Positions 54,334-64,000 of a stretch of DNA of 64,000 nucleotides are shown here, piece by piece; within the stretch, counting starts at the first letter, position 1; each line of letters opens with the position of its first letter. The notes under the pieces are model-generated. The model worked only from the letters and a program-made list of their open reading frames with translations, was not told where the DNA came from and ran no database searches. This DNA comes from Octopus vulgaris (lineage: Eukaryota): the NCBI GenBank assembly GCA_951406725.2, contig OX597829.1, forward strand, positions 25,792,001-25,856,000. The letters run 5' to 3'. The position numbers and the translations under genes were made by a program.

Positions 54334-54742
54334 AGGCGCAGGAGTGGCTGTGTGGTAAGTAGCTTGCTTACCAACCACATGGTTCCAGGTTCAGTCCCAC
54401 TGCGTGGCATCTTGGGCGAGTGTCTTCTGCTATAGCCCCGGGCCGACCAATGCCTTGTGAGTGGATTTGGTAGACGGAAACTGAAAAAAGCCTGTCGTAT
54501 ATATGTATATATATATATATGTGTGTGTGTTTGTGTGTCTGTATTTGTCCCCCTAGCATTGCTTGACAACCGATGCTGGTGTGTTTACGTCCCCGTTACT
54601 TAGCGGTTCGGCAAAAAAGAGACCGATAGAATAAGTACTGGGCTTACAAAGAATAAGTCCCGGGGTCGATTTGCTCGACTAAAGGCGGTGCTCCAGCATG
54701 GCCGCAGTCAAATGACTGAAACAAGTAAAAGAGAGTAAAGAG
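54334..54742 (+). mobile_element. SINE family A, full length
   Basis: A/B boxes, internal microsatellite, tail. Confidence 0.93.
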
Positions 54743-54938
54743 TATATGCTATAGGTCTCTTTTACCGGATTTAGTGATATTCCTTTAGATTCTGAATTCA
54801 GATCTTGCGGGGATTTAATTAGAGAATGTTAATTCATCATTCACTTCATTAAAATCTTGGTAATCCACTCCTCCAACTATTCATCTAAACCATAAATTTA
54901 AGACTCGGGACTGCACCTCAAAAACAAACCTGTTCTCT

Positions 54939-55277
54939 GTGAACGAAAAGGTCAGTGTCCTTAAGGTCGCTCGGCTAGGAAGATTCCAAGCGAACCCAAC
55001 CGCAGATACTAGACCACGCCCAATAAGGGTAATCTTTTCTTCTGATCGGGAGGCTTCAGTCTTTCTGAACAGAGCTCAGACGCATGCCTGGGAGGACCCC
55101 AATATGGGTTTTCGCGAGGAATACTCACTAAGAGAGAGAATTCGCCGGGGAAACCTGATATCCGAACTAAAGATGAGGAAACAAATGGGAGAGAAGGGTT
55201 TACGAATCCAAGATGGACAGATAATCAAGTCCTACCTCTGGTCCCATGCTGTAGTGTTGACAGGGAAAGTGATGTGA
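54939..55277 (+). CDS. C-terminal part of LINE ORF1 (5'-truncated)
   Basis: RLGR...RPRPIRVIF and a basic ...ELKMRK...GLRIQDGQII end resemble CR1/L2 ORF1 C-termini. The stop overlaps the ORF2 frame. Confidence 0.75.
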   Translation: MNEKVSVLKVARLGRFQANPTADTRPRPIRVIFSSDREASVFLNRAQTHAWEDPNMGFREEYSLRERIRRGNLISELKMRKQMGEKGLRIQDGQIIKSYLWSHAVVLTGKVM

Positions 55278-58156
55278 GGGCAAATCGAAGTGAAGTTGAT
55301 ACCCCCGTCAACGATGCTATCTCTGATACCCCTTATTCTGCTTGTTCCCCAACTCCCGCCCCTCAGACTTCACAGCTCAGCATCGTCTACACCAACTCGT
55401 GCTCCTTATTCCCAAAGTTCAGTGAACTATTTACACTGGCCATACGTGACTCCCCTGATGTGATAGCTATCACCGAGACTTGGCTGACTCCAGCAGTAAA
55501 GGACTCAGAAATCCACCTGCAGGGCTACGTCCTTTTCAGATGTGACAGAGGAAAAAGGCGAGGTGGAGGTGTTGCTGTGTATGTTAAGCACAAACCATCC
55601 AGCGGTATTCTACCCACTAATGCTCAGCCTACAACAAAATTCGATGCTGTCTATTGCAAGCTGAGCCTATCTGAGTTTTGCCTGCCCGTGTTGGCTGTCT
55701 ACAGGCCGCCTCTTGCCGACCCCCAGGACGATGCTCATTTACTCGAAGCGATAAGATTCGTTTCAGCTTCGCATGACTGTTTGGTACTAGGAGACTTCAA
55801 CGCTCCCACGATCAATTGGCCCGCATCAATTTGTACAACATCTTCCCGGTTCGGCCAGGCCCTTCTTGACGTGGCTGAAGATTGTTTTCTATCGCAACAT
55901 GTTGAATATCCGACAAGGCATCGGTCTGGGCAGCAGCCATCTATGCTAGATCTGGTATTCTCCCGCTATCCAAGATCAGTGTCAGATGTATCTGTGTGCG
56001 CCCCTCTTGCCAAGAGTGATCATGCGGTCCTGAAGTTCGTCATGCACACAACTTTTTCTACGCCCACGACTACTTCGCTGCCACGTAGAGTCTTCTCTGC
56101 AATTAATCTTGAAATTCTAACCGAGGCTTCCGCGCTTCTGGACTGGCGAACCCTGATGGCGTTGTCCTCAGTTGACGAACTATGGTCATCCCTCAAAGCA
56201 TATGTAATCTGTTTGACTGACCAGGCAGTTCCCGTTGGGCTTCCCAAGAGGAAGAAACACAAGCCCTGGGTGACGAAGAGGGTTAAACGAGAACGTCGAC
56301 TCAGAGATATTGCTTGGGCTGAATTCAAAAATCTGGATTCGACTGCAGCTTTTGAGGTGTACAAAACTCAACGAGACCGAGCCGTGAAAATTGAAAAGAA
56401 AGAACGCTTCAGTTATGAATACAAAATCGCGGCAAATGCCAGTAGCAATCCAAAAACCTTCTTTGCCCATGTCCAGCGGAATTCCCGCTTGAACAACCAG
56501 ATTGCAACGTTGGTAGACTCAACAGGCGTATCGATTGAGGACCCTTATCAACAGAGTCAATTATTTGCCGAGGCTTTTTCAACTATTTTCAAACAAGATG
56601 ATGGTCGTGAACCCACTCCATTTGATAGATCGGTACCTCCAATGCTTCGATTGGTCATCACGCGGGACGAAGTCAAACGTGTTATTCAAGGCCTCGATGT
56701 CAACAAGAGTCACGGCCCTGACGGCATACACCCGCGGGTTATCAAAGCGTTGGCTCCGGTCATCTGCGAGCCCTTAACACGACTATCCAATATGTCATTG
56801 GCGACGGGTGTTATACCTGCAGACTGGAGAACAGCGATAATCTGCCCAATTTTCAAGAAAGGGAGCCGCGAAGACCCGCTTAACTACCGACCGGTTTCCT
56901 TTACATCAATAATCAGCAAGATGTTCGAAACCATCCTTAAGAAACGTATGATGCTCCACCTCCTAAACACAGCCTCTATCTCTGATTCCCAACACGGCTT
57001 CGTGCCGAAGAGATCATGCTTGACCAACTTACTAGTAATAGAAGAATTGGTGACGCGCATCCTCGATGATAGTGATGCTGTTGACATCGTTTTACTGGAC
57101 TTTGCCAAAGCTTTTGACTCGGTAAACCACCGCCTATTACTTGTCAAGCTTCAAGCATATAGTTTCCATCCGGATATTGTACGATGGGTTGGTGCCTTCC
57201 TCTCAGATCGCTCCTTCCAAGTCCAAGTTAATGGTTCGCGGTCCGACGTCTCCAGTGCGAGCAGTGGCGTGCCTCAAGGTTCAGTGCTTGGGCCCTTGTT
57301 GTTCTTAGTCTTCATAAATGACTTGCCCGACGACCTCACGCAACACACCCTTCTATTTGCCGACGATATCAAACTGGTTGCTCCTCGCGGTAGTATAGAG
57401 GATCTTCGTCGATGCCTCCACCAAATTTGGAAGTGGTCTAACGATTGGGACCTGTGTCTGAACGTGTCAAAGTGCTGTCATCTGCCTGTCGGCTCTACTC
57501 CTGCAACTCAACTTGATTTCGAGCCGGGTCGTCTGCTGCTGGAGAGGACCGATCAGGTAAAGGACCTAGGTATCTTGGTGGATTCCTCCTTTTCGCCTTC
57601 GGCCCAGTGCGTCCATGCTGCCAACAAAGCACGCGGAATTCTTTTCTTGATTCGACGGTCATTCGGAATGCTCACAGCAGCCATATTCCTACCACTCTAT
57701 GTCACGCTGGTGAGACCCATATTGGAGTATGGGATTCAAGCCTCTTCTCCTTATCTCCTCAAAGACATACAGCATCTCGAAAGAGTCCAGAAGCTGGCTA
57801 CCCGCATGGTTCATGGTCTCAAAAGTTTGTCCTACGAAGAAAGGCTGAGGACGCTCGACCTTTATTCTCTTGAAAAACGCCGCCGCCGTGGTGATCTCAT
57901 TCTCGCCCACAACATCATAAGCGGAAAGTGTAACCTCTCGAAAGAGCTGTTCTTCACTCCTGCTCCAGAGCGTCGGCTGCGGGGTCATTCCGAAAAGCTC
58001 TACCTGCGACGATTTCATCTCAATCGAAGGAGAGGAGCTTTCTCCGTCCGGGTTGCGGATCCGTGGAACAAGCTGCCAGACGAGATGGTGAAGATGCCGA
58101 CGACCGCTTTGTTCAAAGCCTCCCTGGACCTCAAGTGGCCTGAACTCTTTACATGA
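55274..58156 (+). CDS. Intact ORF2 (APE endonuclease + reverse transcriptase) of a CR1-like non-LTR retrotransposon
   Basis: 960 aa open frame. APE motifs: YTNSCSL, IAITETWL, RRGGGVAVYV, VYRPP, LGDFNAP, LDLVF, SDH. RT motifs: GPDGI, PIFKKG, NYRPVS, QHGF, DFAKAFDSV, GVPQGSVLGP, FADD, KDLG. CR1-type C-terminus RLRGHSEKL...FSVRVADPWNKLP. True start codon uncertain (track starts at a GTG overlapping the ORF1 stop). Confidence 0.95.
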   Translation: MRANRSEVDTPVNDAISDTPYSACSPTPAPQTSQLSIVYTNSCSLFPKFSELFTLAIRDSPDVIAITETWLTPAVKDSEIHLQGYVLFRCDRGKRRGGGVAVYVKHKPSSGILPTNAQPTTKFDAVYCKLSLSEFCLPVLAVYRPPLADPQDDAHLLEAIRFVSASHDCLVLGDFNAPTINWPASICTTSSRFGQALLDVAEDCFLSQHVEYPTRHRSGQQPSMLDLVFSRYPRSVSDVSVCAPLAKSDHAVLKFVMHTTFSTPTTTSLPRRVFSAINLEILTEASALLDWRTLMALSSVDELWSSLKAYVICLTDQAVPVGLPKRKKHKPWVTKRVKRERRLRDIAWAEFKNLDSTAAFEVYKTQRDRAVKIEKKERFSYEYKIAANASSNPKTFFAHVQRNSRLNNQIATLVDSTGVSIEDPYQQSQLFAEAFSTIFKQDDGREPTPFDRSVPPMLRLVITRDEVKRVIQGLDVNKSHGPDGIHPRVIKALAPVICEPLTRLSNMSLATGVIPADWRTAIICPIFKKGSREDPLNYRPVSFTSIISKMFETILKKRMMLHLLNTASISDSQHGFVPKRSCLTNLLVIEELVTRILDDSDAVDIVLLDFAKAFDSVNHRLLLVKLQAYSFHPDIVRWVGAFLSDRSFQVQVNGSRSDVSSASSGVPQGSVLGPLLFLVFINDLPDDLTQHTLLFADDIKLVAPRGSIEDLRRCLHQIWKWSNDWDLCLNVSKCCHLPVGSTPATQLDFEPGRLLLERTDQVKDLGILVDSSFSPSAQCVHAANKARGILFLIRRSFGMLTAAIFLPLYVTLVRPILEYGIQASSPYLLKDIQHLERVQKLATRMVHGLKSLSYEERLRTLDLYSLEKRRRRGDLILAHNIISGKCNLSKELFFTPAPERRLRGHSEKLYLRRFHLNRRRGAFSVRVADPWNKLPDEMVKMPTTALFKASLDLKWPELFT

Positions 58157-58762
58157 ACACCACCCTGTACTTAACTCCATGTCCCCCTACATGGCCTTGC
58201 TATTTGCTTTTGAGCCAAATTAACTAACTAACTAACTAACTAACTAACCTAATTATAATCAGGCAATCTGTTACTTATCGAAAACTTATGCACAGCTTTG
58301 TGATGTGTACCATAATGTGGGGCCTTCTTACACTTGAACATCGTTAGCCCCTCCACCAAATTGTGTATTGAACCTACACCATCTCAGCTATATACTGGAT
58401 TATGTAATCAGTCAGCCAACCAGCTTTTAAGAAAACCTTTAGGCAGTCGATTAGCTGCTAGATAACAGCTACATCTCCCTTAAATCACACACACTGATCT
58501 TAAGAAAAGACACCATATTAGTTGATGTAGTCTTAGATGTATAAACAGAGACGTGACCCGGGACTTGCCAACAATCTGGAAGAGGAGAGGAGAGGCGGTA
58601 ATACTCAACTATATTTAAGCCACATTGCATAGAAGGGAACAGCATTCTGGAAAATCACTTAGAAACGGAAGTTGAGTGTGAATGTCGGAGGAGGAGTTGG
58701 GACAAGAGTAGGAGCGGGGTATGAGTGGTTCCAAGTAGAAATGTGTGTGTGCGTGAGTGTGT

Positions 58763-58829
<67 letters not shown>

Positions 58830-59157
58830 TGTGTGTGAAACATTTAATGATACATCACTTTGCTTGTCCTTTTCTATTACCACGTACTTGCCTAGAAGTT
58901 TACTCGAGAGTGTGAGTGGATTAAATAATGTGTGGAAGTGTTTTGGAAGAGGGTTTGATTAAATTTTTTACGAGACTGCGAATGATAGTTTTCACACATG
59001 TTGAATGTAACAACATTTGCAAGAACTAGATGGAATGCGCAATGATTTGAACATATGCAGTATATTCCTTAATGACACTTTGTAAATAAATAGACAAATA
59101 AACTACTCAAATAAGTAAACTATTCAAAATAAACTTTGATTAGGAATTAAACATAAA

Positions 59158-59231
<74 letters not shown>

Positions 59232-59232
59232 G

Positions 59233-59278
<46 letters not shown>

Positions 59279-59421
59279 GGCGTAGGAGTGGCTGCGTGGT
59301 ACGTAGCTTGCTTATCAAGCACATAGTTCCGGGTTCAGTCTTGGGCAAGTGTCTTCTACTAAAGCATCGAGCCAACCAAAGCCTTGTTAGTGGATTTGGT
59401 AGACGGAAGCTGAAAGAAGCC

Positions 59422-59506
<85 letters not shown>

Positions 59507-59510
<4 letters not shown>

Positions 59511-59707
59511 ACCGCGTGTGTACCGTTGGCGATTTTTTTTCTCGGTCTTCCCTTCTCTGGATCTTTCCTTCTATGTTTCCGACGAAGAGCTCCGCTCGAA
59601 ACGTTAAACCCTCCTTCTTTCCTTCTTTCCTGAGCGTCCAATAATACTATATTTGTTCCACGTCCTCGCGTTGTTGTGTTTTTTTTTGTGCTTTCTTGTT
59701 TGGATTA

Positions 59708-59712
<5 letters not shown>
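59507..59712 (+). mobile_element. HHR module family H1 (HHR 59575-59609)
   Basis: Very similar to the reverse complement of 16805-17003; ends at (TA)n. Confidence 0.75.
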
Positions 59713-59759
<47 letters not shown>

Positions 59760-62170
59760 CAAAAGATAGACCTGATTATAGCATCGTTGCCACGATGCTG
59801 GGTCTCTACTATATGGGTCCACACAGCAACATTAATTTCCTCGCGGCCCAATGCACGTACTTTAGCCCGAACCCTGCATCCTCATGTTTGGCTTTGAGGT
59901 GACGGTTCAAGGCCGTTGTCGCTGCCAGAATTTGGGATGCCCAATCTCAATGCCTCTTCTAAATCATTAAGTAGGTTCCATTCTATTCTAGCCTTATCTA
60001 AACTTAACTGACGGCCAAATCTAATGGACTCAAAACGTATGGCTCTTTTTAGGCAAACCACCACCGTTTATTCACCACGGTGCCGGTTGATGCCCTTTTC
60101 ACTAACTCTTTAATCTGGTTACTGTATGCCTCACAACCCAAAATAGAGTTGTTCAGCTTCTAGTAGCTGGATCGCTGTCAATGGGCACTATCTATGTTCA
60201 GCCTGCACTTAACCATTTTATGGTCATTGTAGGCGACTTGAACAAATTGTGGACAGCTAAAGCTATACTTATAACTATTCTTATAACTATCTTGTCTAAG
60301 CAAGATTTGAGTTTCCCATCGCCATTCATCCAAGTAACGATCTGCCAGCTGAAAACGCTGAAGCAGATCGATGAGGCGTGAGTTAACATTCCTACCAGTC
60401 GATCCACAGCTACCCAGGCGTGCATCCAAGATAGCATTGTAGTCTCCTAACACAACTAATGTCTTGGGCGTCACGAGAAAGTTCTCTAGGCGCAGATAGA
60501 AATCGGTTTGCTGCCTTCTTGCACAAGGCGCGTAATTACCGATCAACCTGAGGGCCTTATTGCTGTATGTCACGTCAATTGTGTATTTGTTCTTTGGGTC
60601 GAACTCGACCAAAATCCTTTTATCCCCTGGTTTTTCTGGGACGGTTGGGCGGTTTTTTTTACTAGTCTGTTATGCAAGGTTTTCCGATTTTGTGGGGAAT
60701 GTGGTTGTGGATGTGGGCAATAGTCTTCTGGCCGAGCATCGTACCGTAGTGAACTCACCCTCAACTACCTCCATGGTGTCATCTGGGGAAGTTACACTTT
60801 TACTATCAGGTGCCCTTGACGTTAAAGGAGTGGGTATTTTTGTTGTTGCCGGGACTGGTGTCTGCATGGCTGGGGGCTTTTGGAGTGCTTGTTTGGGGAC
60901 TTGTGTGGGCACCGCAGTTGGGTGAGTGGGTGTCTTTGCTAGTGTAGGGACTGGTGTGTGTGTGGGTTTGAGGGCAGTTTTTTGGGTTAGTGAGGAGCCG
61001 GGTGTATGTGTATCCACTGTTGTTTGGGCCTTTTCTTCCTTTCTTTTTTCCGAGTCACAATCGGCTCTTATGGGCCCTTTTAGACCACATTTAAAACACC
61101 TGGGTTTCTTCCCTTTCACTTGAGTTTTCAGGACCACATCCTCACCCACAAGCACTCTGTCGGGAATCCTTTCCAAGTCTTCCGGTGCTGCTTGAATGAT
61201 GGCCGCTTTTTTTGGTGGGGGGGGGGGCAGAGCGTGTCACTTGCAAAATGTTAATTTTGTCTTCCGTGTTAAATAACAGGGCGGCCATCAACCACACGAC
61301 ATATATTTCCGGCGGTACTTCTGTTACCTTGACACGGGATGTGCGCCGCCCCATATAGGCAGAAGCACCATTTCCTTTATCTATCGTCCTAAATCTGGCT
61401 TCTATTGTGCCAAAATTTTCTTCCTTTTGTAACATAAATAATGTCATTCCAGATTGGAACAGGACATATTCTGGTCCATATGTACCGTCTTTTTTCCTCC
61501 GAACAAAATGTTTTAAAAACAATGGTTCTTTTTTTTTTTTTTTGGTTTCCTCTGATGCGTTAGTGGGAAGCGATATTTTTGTATCGCCCTCCGCCTCCGT
61601 CATTCATTGGAACATTTCTGGAGGTCCCCAAATGGGATCTCCAGATTTTCTGTTTGTACGGCGGCGACTGTCGCAAAGCCTTTGGTAACATTTTTGGGAG
61701 GCTGGTTAGCCTCCAAAGCCTAAGAGAGGCTATATATAAGTTCAAATCCCACCCCTGTCAGGGGGAGGGGCGCAGTTCAAATAAAGAGCCTAAATCGGCT
61801 GAATACAGTTTTTTTCCCAAAGAAAATTGTAGGCTTCTTTTTCCACAGTTCGCAAAATTAATTCCTCGCAATAGGAACAGCAGTTCAATTCCACCCCTTT
61901 TGGAGATGGGGCACAGTTCAACAATGCCTACAAAGGCTAAATTTAAAACAAAAATGCACTCCGTTGAAGAATCCAATTGAATAAACAATTGCCAAATGGC
62001 AACAGAAATTTCATTCTTCCCCGGAATTCCGGGAAATAAAATTGCCCAACATAGCCTGCAAACAGGCAACAGTCCACAATAACAATTTTGAACAATAAAT
62101 TTTCAACAACAGCTTACAATAAATAACAGTTTCAAAAATAAAAAATGACAACTCACAGAGCGCGAAAAGA
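59760..62170 (-). mobile_element. 5' half of a Tx1/L1-like LINE: frameshifted ORF1 and decayed APE
   Basis: ORF1 pieces 61603-60670 with zinc knuckle PRCFKCGLKGPIRADC (His mutated); APE LRLIGNYAP, LVVLGDYNAILD, LDKI, NDHKMV at 60612-60178. Confidence 0.85.
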
Positions 62171-62741
62171 AAAAAAAATATGACCGAAGTCTTCAAGCGG
62201 AAGCAAGCTTCTTACCACACAGCTGGTATCTTGGTAAGTACTCTAAGTTGGATAATGGCTAAAACATAATACAAACAACGGAATATAAAGTTAAGTGGTT
62301 ATAGAATGAATACCGGAAGAAGACATTCTTAATTAAATAACATTTCTCTTTTAAGAAGAGAAAAAGAAAAGCACAAAAAAAAATCTGACGGAAAGTGTTA
62401 GTAATTCTCAAGGGCAAGGAGAGGTAATTTCAAGAAATTAAAATTTCATTTCATAAAATTCAATTAACATGTTGAGACACAGCTATGTATGTGTGGTTAA
62501 GGAGTTCGCTTTGCAATCGTGCATTTTTTGGTTCAGTCTCATTGTCCTCTACTATAGACCTAGATGAACCAAGTCTTGTGAGTGGATTTGGTAGACGGAA
62601 ACTGAAAGAAGCCTGTCATATATATATATATATAATAGCACCAGGTGGTGCTATTAAGTTAGACATGGCCTGGGCCAATAATGGCCGAAACCTATCAAAG
62701 TATCAAAGTATCAAAGTATATATATATATATATATATATAT

Positions 62742-62924
62742 AGTTAATCCAAACATGAAAACACAAAGAGAAAACACAACAACGTGAGGATGTGGAACAA
62801 GTATAGTATTATTGGATGCTCAGGAAAGAAGGAGGGTTTAACGTTTCTAGCGGAGCTCTTCGTCAGAAACATAGGAAAATGAAAGATCCAATGAAGAGAA
62901 GACGGAGGAAAGAAATCGCCAACG

Positions 62925-62926
<2 letters not shown>
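62742..62926 (-). mobile_element. HHR module family H1 (HHR 62836-62870, canonical CTGACGA core)
   Basis: Reverse complement: GTTT-CTGACGA-A-GAGC-TCC-GCTA-GAAAC-GTT-AAAC. Confidence 0.72.
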
Positions 62927-63005
<79 letters not shown>

Positions 63006-63573
63006 CGCGTGTATGTGTGTGTGTGTGTCCCACTACCGCTTGACCTGGTGTTGGTGTGCTTATGTCTCCATAACTTAGTGTTTCGGCAACAGAGGCCGAT
63101 AGAATAAGTACCAGGCTGAAAAAGAAAATAAGTTCTGGGGTCAACTCATTCGACTAAAAGTTCTTCAGGGTGGTGTCCCTGCATAGCCGCAGTCTAATGA
63201 TTGAAGCAAGTAAAAGATAAAAGATAAAACATCTCTAGCGTTAAACTAACACACCTGCTTGTTGTTTCTTCACCTGTCTTCGTCTTTTGTTTTCCATAAA
63301 TTTCAACTGTGTATATATGAGAACCCAATAAGGTTCGAAAATCAATTAAGGCTGCTTAATCTTTTCTTCAATCTGCGGAGAAATGGCTAAAATTTGCCAT
63401 ATGTTATATCTATATATGTAGGTTACAGGGGCATAAACACACCAGCATCGGTTGTCAAGCGATGTTGGGGGGACAAACACAGACATACACACAGATATAC
63501 ACATATACATACATACATACATACATACATACATACATACATACATGCATGCATGCATGCAGGCATGCATACA

Positions 63574-63606
<33 letters not shown>

Positions 63607-63900
63607 GTATATATAAACACCAGTATCGGTTGTCAACGATGGCGGTGGGGGGAAGGACAAACACATACAGACACATACACAGATGTATGTCTGTGTTTGT
63701 CCCCCACCACCATCACTTGACAACCGATGCTGGTGTGTTTTTGTCCCTGTAACCTAGCGGTTTGGCAAAAGAGACCAATAGAATAAGTAGTAGGCTTACA
63801 AAGAATAAATGTTGGGGGCGATTTCTTAGACTAACACCCCTTTAAGGTGGTGCTCCAGCATGGCTGTAGTCAAATGACTGAAACAAATAAAAGAATAAAA

Positions 63901-63964
<64 letters not shown>

Positions 63965-64000
63965 ATACTAAGCAATTAAGGGTTTAGCAACGAATTGCCT

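Larger units (their letters stand above)
54932..58248 (+). mobile_element. CR1-like LINE, 5'-truncated, with (TAAC)n tail
   Basis: ORF1 remnant + ORF2 + short 3' UTR + (TAAC)n at 58221-58248. Clearly more GC- and CpG-rich than the flanks. 5' boundary approximate. Confidence 0.9.

Noticed and set aside
56020-58180. Antisense and alternate-frame ORFs over the LINE
   Set aside because: Shadow ORFs of a GC-richer coding region with no recognisable motifs.
58221-58248. (TAAC)n as a telomeric repeat
   Set aside because: It is the LINE 3' tail and differs from the TTAGGG telomere repeat.

Overview
AT-rich, extremely microsatellite-rich animal DNA with no confidently identifiable host gene. The tRNA-derived SINE families suggest a coleoid cephalopod, probably Octopus (recognition only, no search run). 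Most ORFs in the track are translated (TA)n/(TACA)n/(CA)n/(TTA)n arrays. Real coding content is transposon-derived: one intact CR1-like LINE ORF2 (55274-58156), plus decayed Tx1/L1-like, RTE, Jockey-like, CRE-like, Penelope-like (RT and GIY-YIG) and Tc1/mariner remnants, hAT MITEs and Helentron-associated (HINE-like) elements. The most striking feature is a set of about a dozen type I hammerhead-ribozyme (HHR) motifs from several sequence families. They lie in short non-coding modules inside (TA)n arrays, often in the internal microsatellite of a SINE, and are frequently folded back into long palindromes that place an HHR on each strand. Several have non-canonical cores (CCGANGA, CUGUNGA) and palindromic stem III. 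Folds were read by eye and activity is untested. A dense cluster of nuclear-receptor, CRE and E-box motifs at about 4.0 kb is the best candidate for host-functional sequence.
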